This document shows positions 19,526 through 29,491 of a stretch of DNA of 64,000 bases, piece by piece. Under the pieces are notes generated by a model. The model made no database searches, had not been told where the DNA came from, and worked only from the letters and a program-made list of their open reading frames with translations. Every line of letters begins with the position of its first letter. Positions within the stretch are counted from its first letter, which is position 1. The stretch comes from Candidatus Omnitrophota bacterium (lineage in GTDB: Bacteria > Omnitrophota > Gorgyraeia > Duberdicusellales > 4484-171). The stretch covers positions 4,162-68,161 of the forward strand of contig JAFGQU010000015.1 in the NCBI GenBank assembly GCA_016935525.1. The letters run 5' to 3'. The position numbers were made by a program, and so were the translations under genes.

Positions 19526-20054
19526 TTTCGTATCCTTTCTTTACGGCATCAAGGTTCTTCTGTAATATAGCCGGTTTTGATTCGAACCGTTTGCTGACGG
19601 CCTTAAGTACTGAATCCAAAGTAAATGCGCCGGTTATTTTCGCAAATGCGCCTAACAGGACCGTATTGGCAAAAGGGCGGCCGATGATCTCGGTCGCGAT
19701 TTTTTCGGCCAAAAGGGTATGGACTTCAACTCCGCTTGCCTGAGGGACCGGAGTTTCCGGCCGGACAGCCACGACCGCTTTCGCATCTGGCGTTAGACCG
19801 GCAAAAGCGTTCTGGCTTTCGATCAACGTCGGATCGATCACGATGATATAGTCGGGTTCATAGATCTTTGAACGTAACCGTATAGGTTTTTCGTCAAAAC
19901 GCAAGAATGCGTTCATAGGAGCTCCCATGCGCGCTGCGCCGAAATGAGGGAATGCATAAGAATATTTGTTTTCATAAAACAACGCTTCTCCCAAAATCGC
20001 TGCGGTGGTAATAGCTCCTTGACCGGCTCGGGCGAAAATCTTTATTTCTTTCAT
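19518..20054 (-). CDS. porG: Pyruvate:ferredoxin oxidoreductase gamma subunit
   Basis: 178 aa. The N-terminus MKEIKIFARAGQGAITTAAILGEA is characteristic of the POR/KOR gamma subunit. Confidence 0.8.
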   Translation of the reverse strand: MKEIKIFARAGQGAITTAAILGEALFYENKYSYAFPHFGAARMGAPMNAFLRFDEKPIRLRSKIYEPDYIIVIDPTLIESQNAFAGLTPDAKAVVAVRPETPVPQASGVEVHTLLAEKIATEIIGRPFANTVLLGAFAKITGAFTLDSVLKAVSKRFESKPAILQKNLDAVKKGYESV

Positions 20055-20097
20055 AAAGGCTTTTATATCATACCGTCAAATACAATGCAAGTATTTT

Positions 20098-22098
20098 TTA
20101 ATATATTTTTTCTATATGCACTTCCCGATAATATCTTTCAAGGATCTCCGGATAGAGAAACCCCTCTTTAGCCATATTCATCACACCGATCTGGGACATC
20201 CCCACCCCATGACCGAATCCCGCGCCCCAGATAAACAACATGCGAGGGACAGCTTGTTCGTTTACGAACTCATGCCTGATCTCAAACAGGAATGCACTGC
20301 TTTTCAGGTGCCCGAAAAAATCGCGAATAGGCAGGTCGCCGGTGATGGTCTTAAAGAAATCACGGGTATCTAATTCAATAGTTTTCAGATGACCGCAATC
20401 CCCTTTTTCCCGAATAGTGATATTTTTTAGTTGAGAAATTTCAAATCCGAATTCAAGAGCAAAATCCTCAGCGTCATATACCCGTTCCCACCGGCAATGA
20501 CTTCCCTCATCGAAACCGCACATATCCTTTCGACCGGACTTAAACCATTGTTCGGTCCACCAAGGATCTTCCGTAAACGGAGTAAGCGTCTTATCAAGAA
20601 TATTTCTTCTAAAATACGGTTGTTGGCCGAAGATATCTCCCCGCATACATCCGCCACAGTTGGAATGAAAAAATGCCGATATCGGTTTCCCTTCAAAAAA
20701 GAGCACCTCGCCCCGGGTCGCATCGACCGCAGCCGTGGTACGTGCGGTTTCGGCGCTTACCCCACGGTAGGCCTGACAATGGGTACTGCTGCAAAAATCA
20801 TAGCCTTGCGCGTTATGCCGTTTAAGGTTACTGAACGCGTAGGTGCGGGCGGCAACGGCTTGAGCTTTTAACGCTTCACTATGTGCCGAAGAAAGGATTT
20901 CGGCAGAGATCACTCCATAAAGATATTCTTCCATACTCAACACGTTGATGATTTCCACTTCATCTCCACCGGCCCGGAGTATTTCCAGATCCCCCCGGTA
21001 AGCGGTATCGATAGTCTTTTGGGAAAATCCGCCTTTCCCGTGAGTGATGTTTAAAAGATAAAAAGGACAGGCTCCCGAGCGGATCACCACCGGAACCGGA
21101 ATCTCCCCTTGAATGACCCGATCTTCATCTTCAATGCTTACCCGATTATGAGCGACGCTTCGTAACGTATACAAGGTCCCCGCCGACCCGGAAAAAGTCT
21201 GCTGACCGCCTTCGGCCTGAAACGGTCCGCCGCACTTAAAGGTAATACTGTTACCTTGGGCTATTTTTACCCGTACTGTGGGGATATCTTCGGCCAAAGG
21301 GGTATAACAGACAAGATCGACCTTTTTCCTCCTGAGGTCTTCTGCCGTCTGGCGCCTCATAAAAAACGCGTTCCCTAATTTTTTCTTTACAAAATATAAC
21401 TGTTTTTTTAACTGTTGGTTCTCAGGATAGAAATTCATCGCCCGGGGAATATACCGATAGGCTTCCTCATATTCTTTTAAATGCACAAGACAACAACTGA
21501 GGAAATAGTACGCCGGACGGATACTGGAATCGAGACGGATAGTTTCCAAAAAATAACGTTTCGCATCGGAAAAATGTTTCTGGGAATAGAATAATTTGGC
21601 TAACCGATAGGCAACCGCGGCATTCGGATCCAACTTAAAAGCTCTTTGATAATAATCCTGAGCTATGTTCAGGTCCCCAAGCCCCTGATGGATCAATCCG
21701 AGATAAAAAAATATTTTCCAATCGGTGGGCTGATAGGCGACAAGATTATTAAACAGGACTAACGCTTGGTCGGTATCACCGGCAAGATAATACAGTTCTC
21801 CCAATATCATCAAGGTCTGCCGGGGATAGTTATTTAGCGAATCGCCGGAATACTTTCGAAGATACTCATCGAGGATCTCTATCGCCTTGTGATATTGTCC
21901 GGTTTCCTTATAGAGCGCCGCCAGATCAAGATATGCCTGTTCATCAGGCGACTGGTTGAGCCGGCCGGCATAGAACTCCTCGGCCTCGACATAATCGCCG
22001 TTACGGTAAGCTTGGGCACCGGGCTCAGCCGATACCCCTAAACCGGTCCCTATCCCGGCGACAATCAAGAGGATTTTTCCCAAAACCGTACCCATCAA
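20098..22098 (-). CDS. TPR-repeat protein with a C-terminal SpoIID/LytB domain (putative peptidoglycan amidase enhancer / lytic transglycosylase-like)
   Basis: 666 aa. Signal peptide, about 8 TPR units in the N-terminal half, and a C-terminal SpoIID/LytB-like region (AVAARTYA...THCQAYRG...FFHSNCGG). Confidence 0.65.
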   Translation of the reverse strand: MMGTVLGKILLIVAGIGTGLGVSAEPGAQAYRNGDYVEAEEFYAGRLNQSPDEQAYLDLAALYKETGQYHKAIEILDEYLRKYSGDSLNNYPRQTLMILGELYYLAGDTDQALVLFNNLVAYQPTDWKIFFYLGLIHQGLGDLNIAQDYYQRAFKLDPNAAVAYRLAKLFYSQKHFSDAKRYFLETIRLDSSIRPAYYFLSCCLVHLKEYEEAYRYIPRAMNFYPENQQLKKQLYFVKKKLGNAFFMRRQTAEDLRRKKVDLVCYTPLAEDIPTVRVKIAQGNSITFKCGGPFQAEGGQQTFSGSAGTLYTLRSVAHNRVSIEDEDRVIQGEIPVPVVIRSGACPFYLLNITHGKGGFSQKTIDTAYRGDLEILRAGGDEVEIINVLSMEEYLYGVISAEILSSAHSEALKAQAVAARTYAFSNLKRHNAQGYDFCSSTHCQAYRGVSAETARTTAAVDATRGEVLFFEGKPISAFFHSNCGGCMRGDIFGQQPYFRRNILDKTLTPFTEDPWWTEQWFKSGRKDMCGFDEGSHCRWERVYDAEDFALEFGFEISQLKNITIREKGDCGHLKTIELDTRDFFKTITGDLPIRDFFGHLKSSAFLFEIRHEFVNEQAVPRMLFIWGAGFGHGVGMSQIGVMNMAKEGFLYPEILERYYREVHIEKIY

Positions 22099-22901
22099 AT
22101 CCTCTTTGTCCCGACCACGGCGATCTGAACCTGTTCGGCTGCTTTTAAAAACCTTTCTTTCTCCAAGATAAGGACTCGTGACGCCTCAAGCACCAATGCC
22201 GACGCTTTTATCTTTTTAAGGAGCCTCAAAGTAGATAGCCCTACTACCGGGACGTCGAAACGTAAGTCCTGATCTTTTTTACTGAACTTCAGGACCACAC
22301 AGTTTCTTTTGCCGATACGGTATCCCCGTTTGATCGTATTATCGGTACCTTCCAGAGCTTCTAAAGCGAGTACCGCTTTGTTTTTTACTACTATCGTCTG
22401 ACCTACGTCAAGTTCGACATAACGGGAAACCTGGTGTATTCCGAAATCAATATCGGCAGAAGTTTCCGGAGAAATAGAAACGGCATTCAGTTGCCCTTCT
22501 CCAATCAAAAGGTCGTTCATATACAGCGTAGAATCAAGAAAATTGATCCCTTTCCCTTCAAGATATCCGATGAACGTCGTAAAAATAGAATGAGGACGAT
22601 AATCGGTCCTTTTCGCGAGTGTCCGCATAAGCGTATCCCACCGTTGTTGTTTAAAGATCCTGTAAGGCGAAATCTGTCCGACCATTACACATTGAGATAT
22701 ATTTTCTTTTTCGAGGATTTCGATGAGGGTAGCGAGCTGCCCCACTTCAATCCAGTATATTTTAGACGCATACTTCTTGATACGCGGCGAGGTTTCGCCT
22801 TTAAAACAGATCGGAATGATTTCCAACTCAGGGTCACGCAGGGCACATTGAAGAAAAGCAAGAGGGAGGTTACGATTACCGGCGATTAACGCTAACTTCA
22901 T
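22095..22901 (-). CDS. lpxI: UDP-2,3-diacylglucosamine pyrophosphatase LpxI-like (DUF1009)
   Basis: 268 aa. N-terminus MKLALIAGNRNLPLAFL resembles the LpxI N-terminal motif. It sits directly downstream of lpxA in the lipid A operon, and no lpxH is apparent. Confidence 0.55.
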   Translation of the reverse strand: MKLALIAGNRNLPLAFLQCALRDPELEIIPICFKGETSPRIKKYASKIYWIEVGQLATLIEILEKENISQCVMVGQISPYRIFKQQRWDTLMRTLAKRTDYRPHSIFTTFIGYLEGKGINFLDSTLYMNDLLIGEGQLNAVSISPETSADIDFGIHQVSRYVELDVGQTIVVKNKAVLALEALEGTDNTIKRGYRIGKRNCVVLKFSKKDQDLRFDVPVVGLSTLRLLKKIKASALVLEASRVLILEKERFLKAAEQVQIAVVGTKRI

Positions 22902-22962
22902 TGGATTGGTTTATATCGGGACCGATTATGTACTTAAAAACTCCTACCTGGCCCGCATCTGT

Positions 22963-23739
22963 TCATCGGCAAATACCCCGTTTGGAGGTAGCGATAAAAC
23001 GCAAAAGGTCCTCTATTTCCTTACCAGCGGAGAGTTCTTTTCTTACCAGTTGTTCGGCCTCATCAAACGAATGGTTGTCGAAGAAAAGGATCTTAAAGGC
23101 TTTACGTAATGTTTCGATCTGCCCGCGGGAAAACCCGCCGCGTTTTAATCCGACAAGATTCACATTATACACTTTCGCCGGATGACCGTCGCACAGTGAA
23201 TAAGGAGGAATATCCTGGACTACTTTCGAACATCCGCCGATGATCGCATAATCACCTATCCGGCAGAACTGATGTACGGCAACCAACCCGCCGATCACGA
23301 TATGGTCGGCTATCTCCACGTGGCCGGCAATAGTCGCGGCATTGGCCAGCACGTTGTGGCTGCCGACCTGACAATTATGCGCAACATGAGAATAGGCCAT
23401 GATCAGATTAGAATCACCGATAACAGTTTGAGATTCCTCTTCAGTCCCGGGATTTATTGTCACAAACTCACGGATGAGATTGTGATTCCCGATAGAAAGG
23501 AAACTCCTCTGGCCCTTATACTTCAAATCCTGCGGCTGGCTGCCGATGACCGCGTAGGAAAAAATACGGCAGTTATGACCGATCACCGTATGACCGGTAA
23601 GACGGGCGCCACATTCGATGACGGTATGAGCACCTACCTTGACATTCTCTTCGATCACCGCATACGGGCCGATTTTCACATGTTCATCAAGATATGCTCC
23701 GGGATGGATTACCGCTTGAGGATGGATTTCTACGCTCAT
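22963..23739 (-). CDS. lpxA: Acyl-ACP:UDP-GlcNAc O-acyltransferase
   Basis: 258 aa left-handed beta-helix. N-terminus IHPQAVIHPGAYLDEHVKIGPYAVIE plus the C-terminal alpha-helical LpxA domain. Confidence 0.9.
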   Translation of the reverse strand: MSVEIHPQAVIHPGAYLDEHVKIGPYAVIEENVKVGAHTVIECGARLTGHTVIGHNCRIFSYAVIGSQPQDLKYKGQRSFLSIGNHNLIREFVTINPGTEEESQTVIGDSNLIMAYSHVAHNCQVGSHNVLANAATIAGHVEIADHIVIGGLVAVHQFCRIGDYAIIGGCSKVVQDIPPYSLCDGHPAKVYNVNLVGLKRGGFSRGQIETLRKAFKILFFDNHSFDEAEQLVRKELSAGKEIEDLLRFIATSKRGICR

Positions 23740-24036
23740 TTGGGATTTATTATATCAAAAATACCTGGATAATACACAACAAATTTTAGTTCTTCCCCTA
23801 CTTTTGCACAGGAAGAAGACCTTGATCACAGCGATTTCGAAAAAGATTGCAATGATAAGGAAACTTTCCTGATAAAATCCAATGAATTTATCTTAAGTTA
23901 CTCTATTGAAAAGAGTTATATCCTCACATTACGCAAAAAGAAGAAAAGCTTCCACATTTTTGTCTAAAAACACCATTTTTAAAGCCGGATATTGATTGAT
24001 TTTGAGAAGATACGAACGAGGATCCTTGAGAGAGGC

Positions 24037-25350
24037 TTAGGAATCGACCAACGCAAACATTAATGTCGCCTCGGCAACCGCTTTATTATCCACAAAAGCT
24101 TTCGTATATACCGTGCCGGTCTTGCTTTTAATCCGGCCACAATTCACCTCGATCACCAGCTGATCGCCCGGTTCAACGGTCTTACGGAATTTCACGTCAT
24201 CGGCAGCCATAAAATAAGCCAGTTTCCCTTTATTTTCCTCATTGGCAAGCATCAACACTCCTCCGACCTGAGCCATCGCTTCAATGATCAACACCCCCGG
24301 CATCACCGGCCGTTGAGGGAAATGCCCCTGAAAAAAATAATCGTTTACCGTGACATTCTTGATCCCGATTGCGCGTTTACCCGGTTCCATGGAAATGATC
24401 CGGTCAATAAGCAGAAACGGATACCGATGCGGCAGGACTTTCATGATCTCGCCGATAGAAAGTTCTTTTTCGGTCGCGACATATCCGGCAATCGAACCGA
24501 TCCCGCCGGATGAAGCCTTTTTTTGATATTCTTTTATTTTTTTGACCAGACGAATATTAAGATTATGTCCGCTTTTAATCGCAATGATATGGCCCTTGAT
24601 CGGACCGGCAAGATAGAGATCACCAAGAAGGTCCATCACCTTATGTTTCACAAACTCATTGGTCACCCGGATTTTGTTCTTTACGATTTCTTTTTCGGAA
24701 ATAACCAGAGTATTTTCATAGGTCGACCCTTTCCCCAGTCCCATATCGAGTAACGGCTGGACCTCTTCCTGTAGACAGAACGTCCGAGCCTGATAAATGC
24801 TTTCATCGCAGGTCCCGTTTAAAGTAAGATCGACATATTCGGTATTAATCAAAGGATTATTATACTGTAACGTGTAAGAGACCCTCATATAAGGAGCGGG
24901 AAAAATGACCAGGCTGGAATTACCTTCTTCTACCCATAACGGTTCTTTCACCGTCACATACTGCCGAGAAGGCTCTTGTTCAACGATCTTCGCATTACGT
25001 AACGATTCAACGAAAAGTTTTGCGCTCCCGTCCATTCCCGGAACTTCTTCACCCCAGATATTGATATATAAGTTATCAATACCCAAAAAATTCAAAGCGG
25101 CCATAAGATGTTCGACCGTATGGACACACACCCCCTGGTGAGCGATCGAAGTGCGACGAGGGAATTTTACCGGATCAAGCATCGAGTAATAATCGGCTTT
25201 AATCATCACCTCCGGAGCGATATCTTTGCGAATAAAGATAATACCCGCATTAGGCGGTGCCGGTAATAATTCGACTTTTACTTTTTGTCCGGTATGCAGG
25301 CCAAGTCCTTCCAGAACGGCCGATTCTTGAATCGTTCTTTGCCTCTCCAT
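24037..25350 (-). CDS. lpxC/fabZ: Bifunctional UDP-3-O-acyl-GlcNAc deacetylase / 3-hydroxyacyl-ACP dehydratase (LpxC-FabZ fusion). The start is refined to an internal ATG; the track GTG start is at 25383.
   Basis: N-terminal LpxC (MERQRTIQESAVLEGLGLHTGQKV..., HTVEHLMAAL) fused to a C-terminal FabZ hot-dog domain (LPHRYPFLLIDRI...PGVLIIEAMAQ). An SD AAGGA precedes the ATG near 25350. Confidence 0.9.
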   Translation of the reverse strand: MERQRTIQESAVLEGLGLHTGQKVKVELLPAPPNAGIIFIRKDIAPEVMIKADYYSMLDPVKFPRRTSIAHQGVCVHTVEHLMAALNFLGIDNLYINIWGEEVPGMDGSAKLFVESLRNAKIVEQEPSRQYVTVKEPLWVEEGNSSLVIFPAPYMRVSYTLQYNNPLINTEYVDLTLNGTCDESIYQARTFCLQEEVQPLLDMGLGKGSTYENTLVISEKEIVKNKIRVTNEFVKHKVMDLLGDLYLAGPIKGHIIAIKSGHNLNIRLVKKIKEYQKKASSGGIGSIAGYVATEKELSIGEIMKVLPHRYPFLLIDRIISMEPGKRAIGIKNVTVNDYFFQGHFPQRPVMPGVLIIEAMAQVGGVLMLANEENKGKLAYFMAADDVKFRKTVEPGDQLVIEVNCGRIKSKTGTVYTKAFVDNKAVAEATLMFALVDS

Positions 25351-25451
25351 GAAATTATCCTTTATCCCGCCGCTTAAAACCACGGCCTTCAGGCCGTGGA
25401 TGGAGGCGGCGAGGATTCCGCCCCAAAGGAACCCCGGGCTTCAGCCCGGGT
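25351..25451 (-). promoter_or_regulatory. Three consecutive GC-rich stem-loops in the lpxD to lpxC/fabZ spacer. Two have identical TGAA tetraloops (as read on the minus strand); the promoter-proximal one is followed by UUUU.
   Basis: Visible in the sequence: ccacggcc-ttca-ggccgtgg, ggcgg-cgaggattc-cgcc, and cccgggc-ttca-gcccggg. On the transcribed (minus) strand, hairpin 3 is followed by ttttaagcggcgggataaaggataatttcATG. Confidence 0.35.
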
Positions 25452-26490
25452 GGGCTCCATTTTGTTTTTCTAATGATTCGATCTTCTCTTCGAGTTCTTT
25501 AATCCTTTTATAAAGTTGCGGGAGCATCTGTACGCAGGCATTGACTCGTTTGGCAACATTGTGGGGTTTAGCCGGATAACCGGAAACTTTGGTATTGGCC
25601 GGAACAGATTTGGTAACCCCGGCCTGAGCCGCGACAATACTGTTATCGCCGATAATAATATGACCGACCAGGCCGGCCTGACCGGCAAGGATCACATTTT
25701 CTCCCAGAGTCGTACTGCCCGATATCCCAGCCTGAGCGACGATAATACAATTCTTCCCGACTACGACATTATGAGCGATCTGTACGAGATTATCTATTTT
25801 AGTGCCGGCCCCGATGATCGTTTTGTCGAAACGGGCCCGGTCGATAGTAACATTTGAACCGATCTCCACATCATCTTCAATCACTACCGTCCCGATCTGA
25901 GGGATCTTTTCCTGCACCCCTTTTACGGTCGCAAATCCGAACCCATCACTGCCGATGACCGCTCCGGAATGGACGATTACCCGGTTACCGATCTCGATAC
26001 GTTCACGAATAGTGACATTATGATATACCAGACATTTCTTCCCGATAACGGTATGGTGGCCGATATAACAACCGCCATAAATGATCGAATCGTCCCCGAC
26101 GGTCACTTTATCGTCAAGGATCGTATAAGGACCGATCACGACATTTTCCCCTAACTTCACATTATCGGGAATAATCGCGGTAGGATGGACCCCTTGAGGG
26201 TGAGTAATATCATTAGGCGCAACCAACCCGACCACTTTCGCAAACGCGAATGAAGGGTTAGCGGTTTTAATAATCGCTTTATCGGAATTACCATTGATAC
26301 TGTCCCGAGAAGTAATCACTGCCGAAGCTTTGGTCGTCGTCAACAATGCCGCGTATTTACTGTTTGCCAAAAAGGTGATATCACCGCGTTTCGCTTCTTT
26401 AATGCCGGAGATGCCGGTAACGATAATGTCCGGGTCACCGACAAGCTCCCCCTCGACAATCGTTGCGATTTCTTTCAGAGTGAATTTCAT
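25441..26490 (-). CDS. lpxD: UDP-3-O-(3-hydroxyacyl)glucosamine N-acyltransferase
   Basis: 349 aa. N-terminal LpxD domain (MKFTLKEIATIVEGELVGDPD...), long LbH hexapeptide region, and a C-terminal coiled-coil. Confidence 0.9.
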   Translation of the reverse strand: MKFTLKEIATIVEGELVGDPDIIVTGISGIKEAKRGDITFLANSKYAALLTTTKASAVITSRDSINGNSDKAIIKTANPSFAFAKVVGLVAPNDITHPQGVHPTAIIPDNVKLGENVVIGPYTILDDKVTVGDDSIIYGGCYIGHHTVIGKKCLVYHNVTIRERIEIGNRVIVHSGAVIGSDGFGFATVKGVQEKIPQIGTVVIEDDVEIGSNVTIDRARFDKTIIGAGTKIDNLVQIAHNVVVGKNCIIVAQAGISGSTTLGENVILAGQAGLVGHIIIGDNSIVAAQAGVTKSVPANTKVSGYPAKPHNVAKRVNACVQMLPQLYKRIKELEEKIESLEKQNGAHPG

Positions 26491-26500
26491 CAGTACTTAG

Positions 26501-26995
26501 TTACTTATAACCCTGGTTCACTATACGTAAGATGTCTTGGGTGATATCGTATTTTTTACCGCCATAGAGGACAGCGCCTTTATTCAAAATAACATCGTAC
26601 CCTTTTTTGCGGGCATAATCTTCAACGACTTTATCGATATCTTCAACGATCTCTTTCATCTTGTCGTCTCTCTTTTTCTTGAGATCGAGCAGGTATTGTC
26701 GTTCCAGTTCTCGATATTCCATAGCCGCCTTGGTGATCTTTTCCCTTTCTTTTTCCTGTTCGTTCTCTTTTAAAAGTTCAAGCTTATCCTGCATTTTACG
26801 GATCTCTTCTTTTTTCTTTTCTAATTCTTTCTCTTTTACGCCGCGTTCTTCTTCCAGCACTTTATCATAATCTTTTGTCTTCTTATATTCATTGAAGATC
26901 TGATAGATATCTACATACCCGATCTCTAACGCGAACGCATAAGAAGAAAACATAACTGCCCCGGCGACCAACAATGAAACAACTAGCTTTCTCAT
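26501..26995 (-). CDS. skp: Periplasmic chaperone Skp/OmpH
   Basis: 164 aa. Signal peptide followed by a charged coiled-coil (KE-rich). Conserved position between bamA and lpxD. Confidence 0.75.
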   Translation of the reverse strand: MRKLVVSLLVAGAVMFSSYAFALEIGYVDIYQIFNEYKKTKDYDKVLEEERGVKEKELEKKKEEIRKMQDKLELLKENEQEKEREKITKAAMEYRELERQYLLDLKKKRDDKMKEIVEDIDKVVEDYARKKGYDVILNKGAVLYGGKKYDITQDILRIVNQGYK

Positions 26996-27066
26996 CTTGT
27001 TCCTCCTTCTTTACCTTAAAAAATGACTATTACCGGCCCGCTCAAGTTACACATGACCGATACCGT

Positions 27067-29349
27067 TTAAAACCCTCGACTGATATTAAAATGGAACCGT
27101 CCCTGTTTGCCTTCTTCACCTGGCTCGTTATCGAGCGGCCAGCCATAATCCAGGTCAATCGGTCCCAAGGGAGTTTTAATCCTCAAACCCACCCCTACGC
27201 TGGATTTAAGCCCGCCCGATAAGAAATCTTTTCTTTCGGCCCAGACATCCCCGGAATCAAAAAAACCGGCTACTTTTAAAAAGTCGGTTAAAGGATACGT
27301 GTACTCGACATTGTACACAAAAAGAGCTTCTCCGCCAATCGGATCTTCCGTGACCGGATCGATCGGTCCGATTTTTCGTTCATTATATCCCCGGATGGTC
27401 GAGGCGCCGCCGGCAAAAAACCGTTCATAAATAGGTACCGTATCGGTATTATCAAAAGGATCGGCAAGCCCGACCCGCGTGCGCAATTCAAATACCGATT
27501 TTTTAAAAAGCGGAAGATACACGCTGAATCGTGAGAAAAGCTTATTAAAATCTTTATCCCCGCCCATAAATCCTCCGGTAAACTGGAAAGAATTGGTAAA
27601 ATAAAACCCTTCGGAAGGATTAAAGACGTTATCCCGGGTATCCCATTGAAGACTTAATTCGATACTACTTAAATCGTTCTCCCCTTCTTCGGCTTTAAGC
27701 GCGGCGGTCGCGGTATCGACCACATCGTCTATTTTCACATTTTCGATCCGGTAGGCGATCCCACCTTTAAGCGTATCGCTAAACTCTTTTGCTAACCGCA
27801 ACGCCCCGCCGGTAGTATCGCTATGATAGGCATAACCGACATCCTCTTCCCGTTCGTGCTCCCGTTTATACACATCAAAACCAAAAGAAACCGGAGTATC
27901 AAAAATCCATGGTTTGGTAAAACTCAGTTCATACGATTCCGATAACGTACCGAAACTGGCATAGAGGCTCAAATCCTGCCCGTCTCCGGTGAATGTATTC
28001 CAGTTCTTATAATCAAAGTTGCGTTGTCGCAGCTCAATGAATCCGATAAATTCATTGATCGAAGAATATCCGCCGCCAAAACTGAAGTAACCGGTTTTTG
28101 CCTCTTTGACATCGACCACAAGATTCTGCCAGTCGGGCTTGGTGCCGGGTTCGGTATCAAACCGTACTTCTTCAAAAAATCCCAGATTCTCCAACCGCTG
28201 ACGCGATTTCTTGATTTTGGTACCTTCGAATTTATCTCCCGGATAAATTCGAAGTTCTCTACGGATGACTTTATCTTTTGTCCTCTGGTTACCCTGAATA
28301 TAGACCATTTCTACATAATTGATGTTGCCTTCCTGAATCTGGAAAGTAATGTCTACCAGCTCGCTTTGAGGGTTAAACACGCTCAGCGGTTTTATCTGGG
28401 CAAAAATATATCCCCGATCAAAATAAAGACTCTGGATTTCCAGAGCTTGTCGTTCTATTTTATTTTTGTTGTAGGTCTCACCCGGCTTAAGGTTGATCAC
28501 CTTTACGATCTCAAAATCAAACACATTTTCATTGCCCTGGAAAGTCACCTCGCCCACATGATAACGCACACCTTCATTCACGTTGATATCGACGACCACA
28601 AACGGACCTTCATAATTCCAGGAATAGTTGACTTTCACTTCACTGAACCCCTGTTCTACATAAAAGTCCTGGATCCGGCGGATATCATCTTCCAGAAGTT
28701 CCTGTTTAAAGATCCCTTTACGGAAAAACCAAGCCTGACGGGTCTTCATCAGTTTTTTGATCCGCTTATCGGAAAAGACGGTATTGCCTTGAACCGTAAT
28801 AGTCCTTACCCGGGCAACCCCTTTTTCGTTTATATCAAAATTCACCACCGCTTCATTGTTCTGGGAATCCCGATCGATCTGATAGGTGACCTCTATTTGC
28901 GAAAACCCTTTACGCAAATACAGATCTTTCACTTTTTCAACAGCTTCTTTTATCCTCAATTCGTCAAGGAATGTGCCTTCTTTCAGGTCGATCAACTCTT
29001 CCAGGCGTTTGCGGTTGATCCGCCGGGCACCTTCTACCGTTATTTTTTTTACGATCGGTTTTTCTTTTACGATAAAACGGATGACGGTGCCACCAAGCAC
29101 ATTCAGCTTCTCGACCTCAACGTTTTCAAAATAACCCAGCCCCATCAACGTTTTGATATCCGAATTGATAATATTCTCATTATAAGGCTGGTTTGCCCGC
29201 ATTTTAATATTGGAGACGACCGTAGAGGTACTGATTACTTTATTGCCTTCAATTTCTATCTTGGAAACGGTCTCTTGAGCACACAGGGAAAGGGTAAAAA
29301 CGAGAGAAAACAGCAGAGAAAACAAATACACTTTTTTAAGAAAGTGCAT
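27067..29349 (-). CDS. bamA: Outer membrane protein assembly factor BamA. The start is refined to an internal ATG; the ORF track extends it to 29409.
   Basis: About 760 aa. Signal peptide (MHFLKKVYLFSLLFSLVFTLSLCAQE), five POTRA-like repeats, and a C-terminal Omp85 beta-barrel ending in the aromatic terminal motif (RFHFNISRGF). Confidence 0.85.
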   Translation of the reverse strand: MHFLKKVYLFSLLFSLVFTLSLCAQETVSKIEIEGNKVISTSTVVSNIKMRANQPYNENIINSDIKTLMGLGYFENVEVEKLNVLGGTVIRFIVKEKPIVKKITVEGARRINRKRLEELIDLKEGTFLDELRIKEAVEKVKDLYLRKGFSQIEVTYQIDRDSQNNEAVVNFDINEKGVARVRTITVQGNTVFSDKRIKKLMKTRQAWFFRKGIFKQELLEDDIRRIQDFYVEQGFSEVKVNYSWNYEGPFVVVDINVNEGVRYHVGEVTFQGNENVFDFEIVKVINLKPGETYNKNKIERQALEIQSLYFDRGYIFAQIKPLSVFNPQSELVDITFQIQEGNINYVEMVYIQGNQRTKDKVIRRELRIYPGDKFEGTKIKKSRQRLENLGFFEEVRFDTEPGTKPDWQNLVVDVKEAKTGYFSFGGGYSSINEFIGFIELRQRNFDYKNWNTFTGDGQDLSLYASFGTLSESYELSFTKPWIFDTPVSFGFDVYKREHEREEDVGYAYHSDTTGGALRLAKEFSDTLKGGIAYRIENVKIDDVVDTATAALKAEEGENDLSSIELSLQWDTRDNVFNPSEGFYFTNSFQFTGGFMGGDKDFNKLFSRFSVYLPLFKKSVFELRTRVGLADPFDNTDTVPIYERFFAGGASTIRGYNERKIGPIDPVTEDPIGGEALFVYNVEYTYPLTDFLKVAGFFDSGDVWAERKDFLSGGLKSSVGVGLRIKTPLGPIDLDYGWPLDNEPGEEGKQGRFHFNISRGF

Positions 29350-29462
29350 ATTACAGGAATACCTTCTACACACTCGTATCCACATTGTTATTTCTATCCT
29401 TTGCCGCAACCGGCTGCTTATATGCGCTGTTTAAAATACTATAGCCCTTAAGTATCTTGCGT

Positions 29463-29491
29463 ATTATACACTAATTAATTTTAAAAGTCAA
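29463..29491 (-). promoter_or_regulatory. Near-consensus sigma70-type promoter for bamA (TTGACT, 17-nt spacer, TATAAT)
   Basis: The minus strand reads TTGACTtttaaaattaattagtgTATAAT. The -35 element overlaps the dnaB stop codon. The predicted transcription start is about 100 nt upstream of the bamA ATG. Confidence 0.4.

Noticed and set aside
23740-24036. Looked for a hidden small protein gene in the 297-bp fabZ-lpxA gap
   Set aside because: The longest ORFs here are under 20 codons on either strand and have no SD. The region is better explained as regulatory or an internal promoter (noted in the lpx finding).
28024-29451. A 475-aa plus-strand ORF antisense to bamA
   Set aside because: Its translation is low-complexity (F/I/K-rich) with no recognisable domain. 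It lies entirely inside the well-supported bamA gene on the opposite strand. Long antisense ORFs are expected by chance opposite genes with this codon bias.
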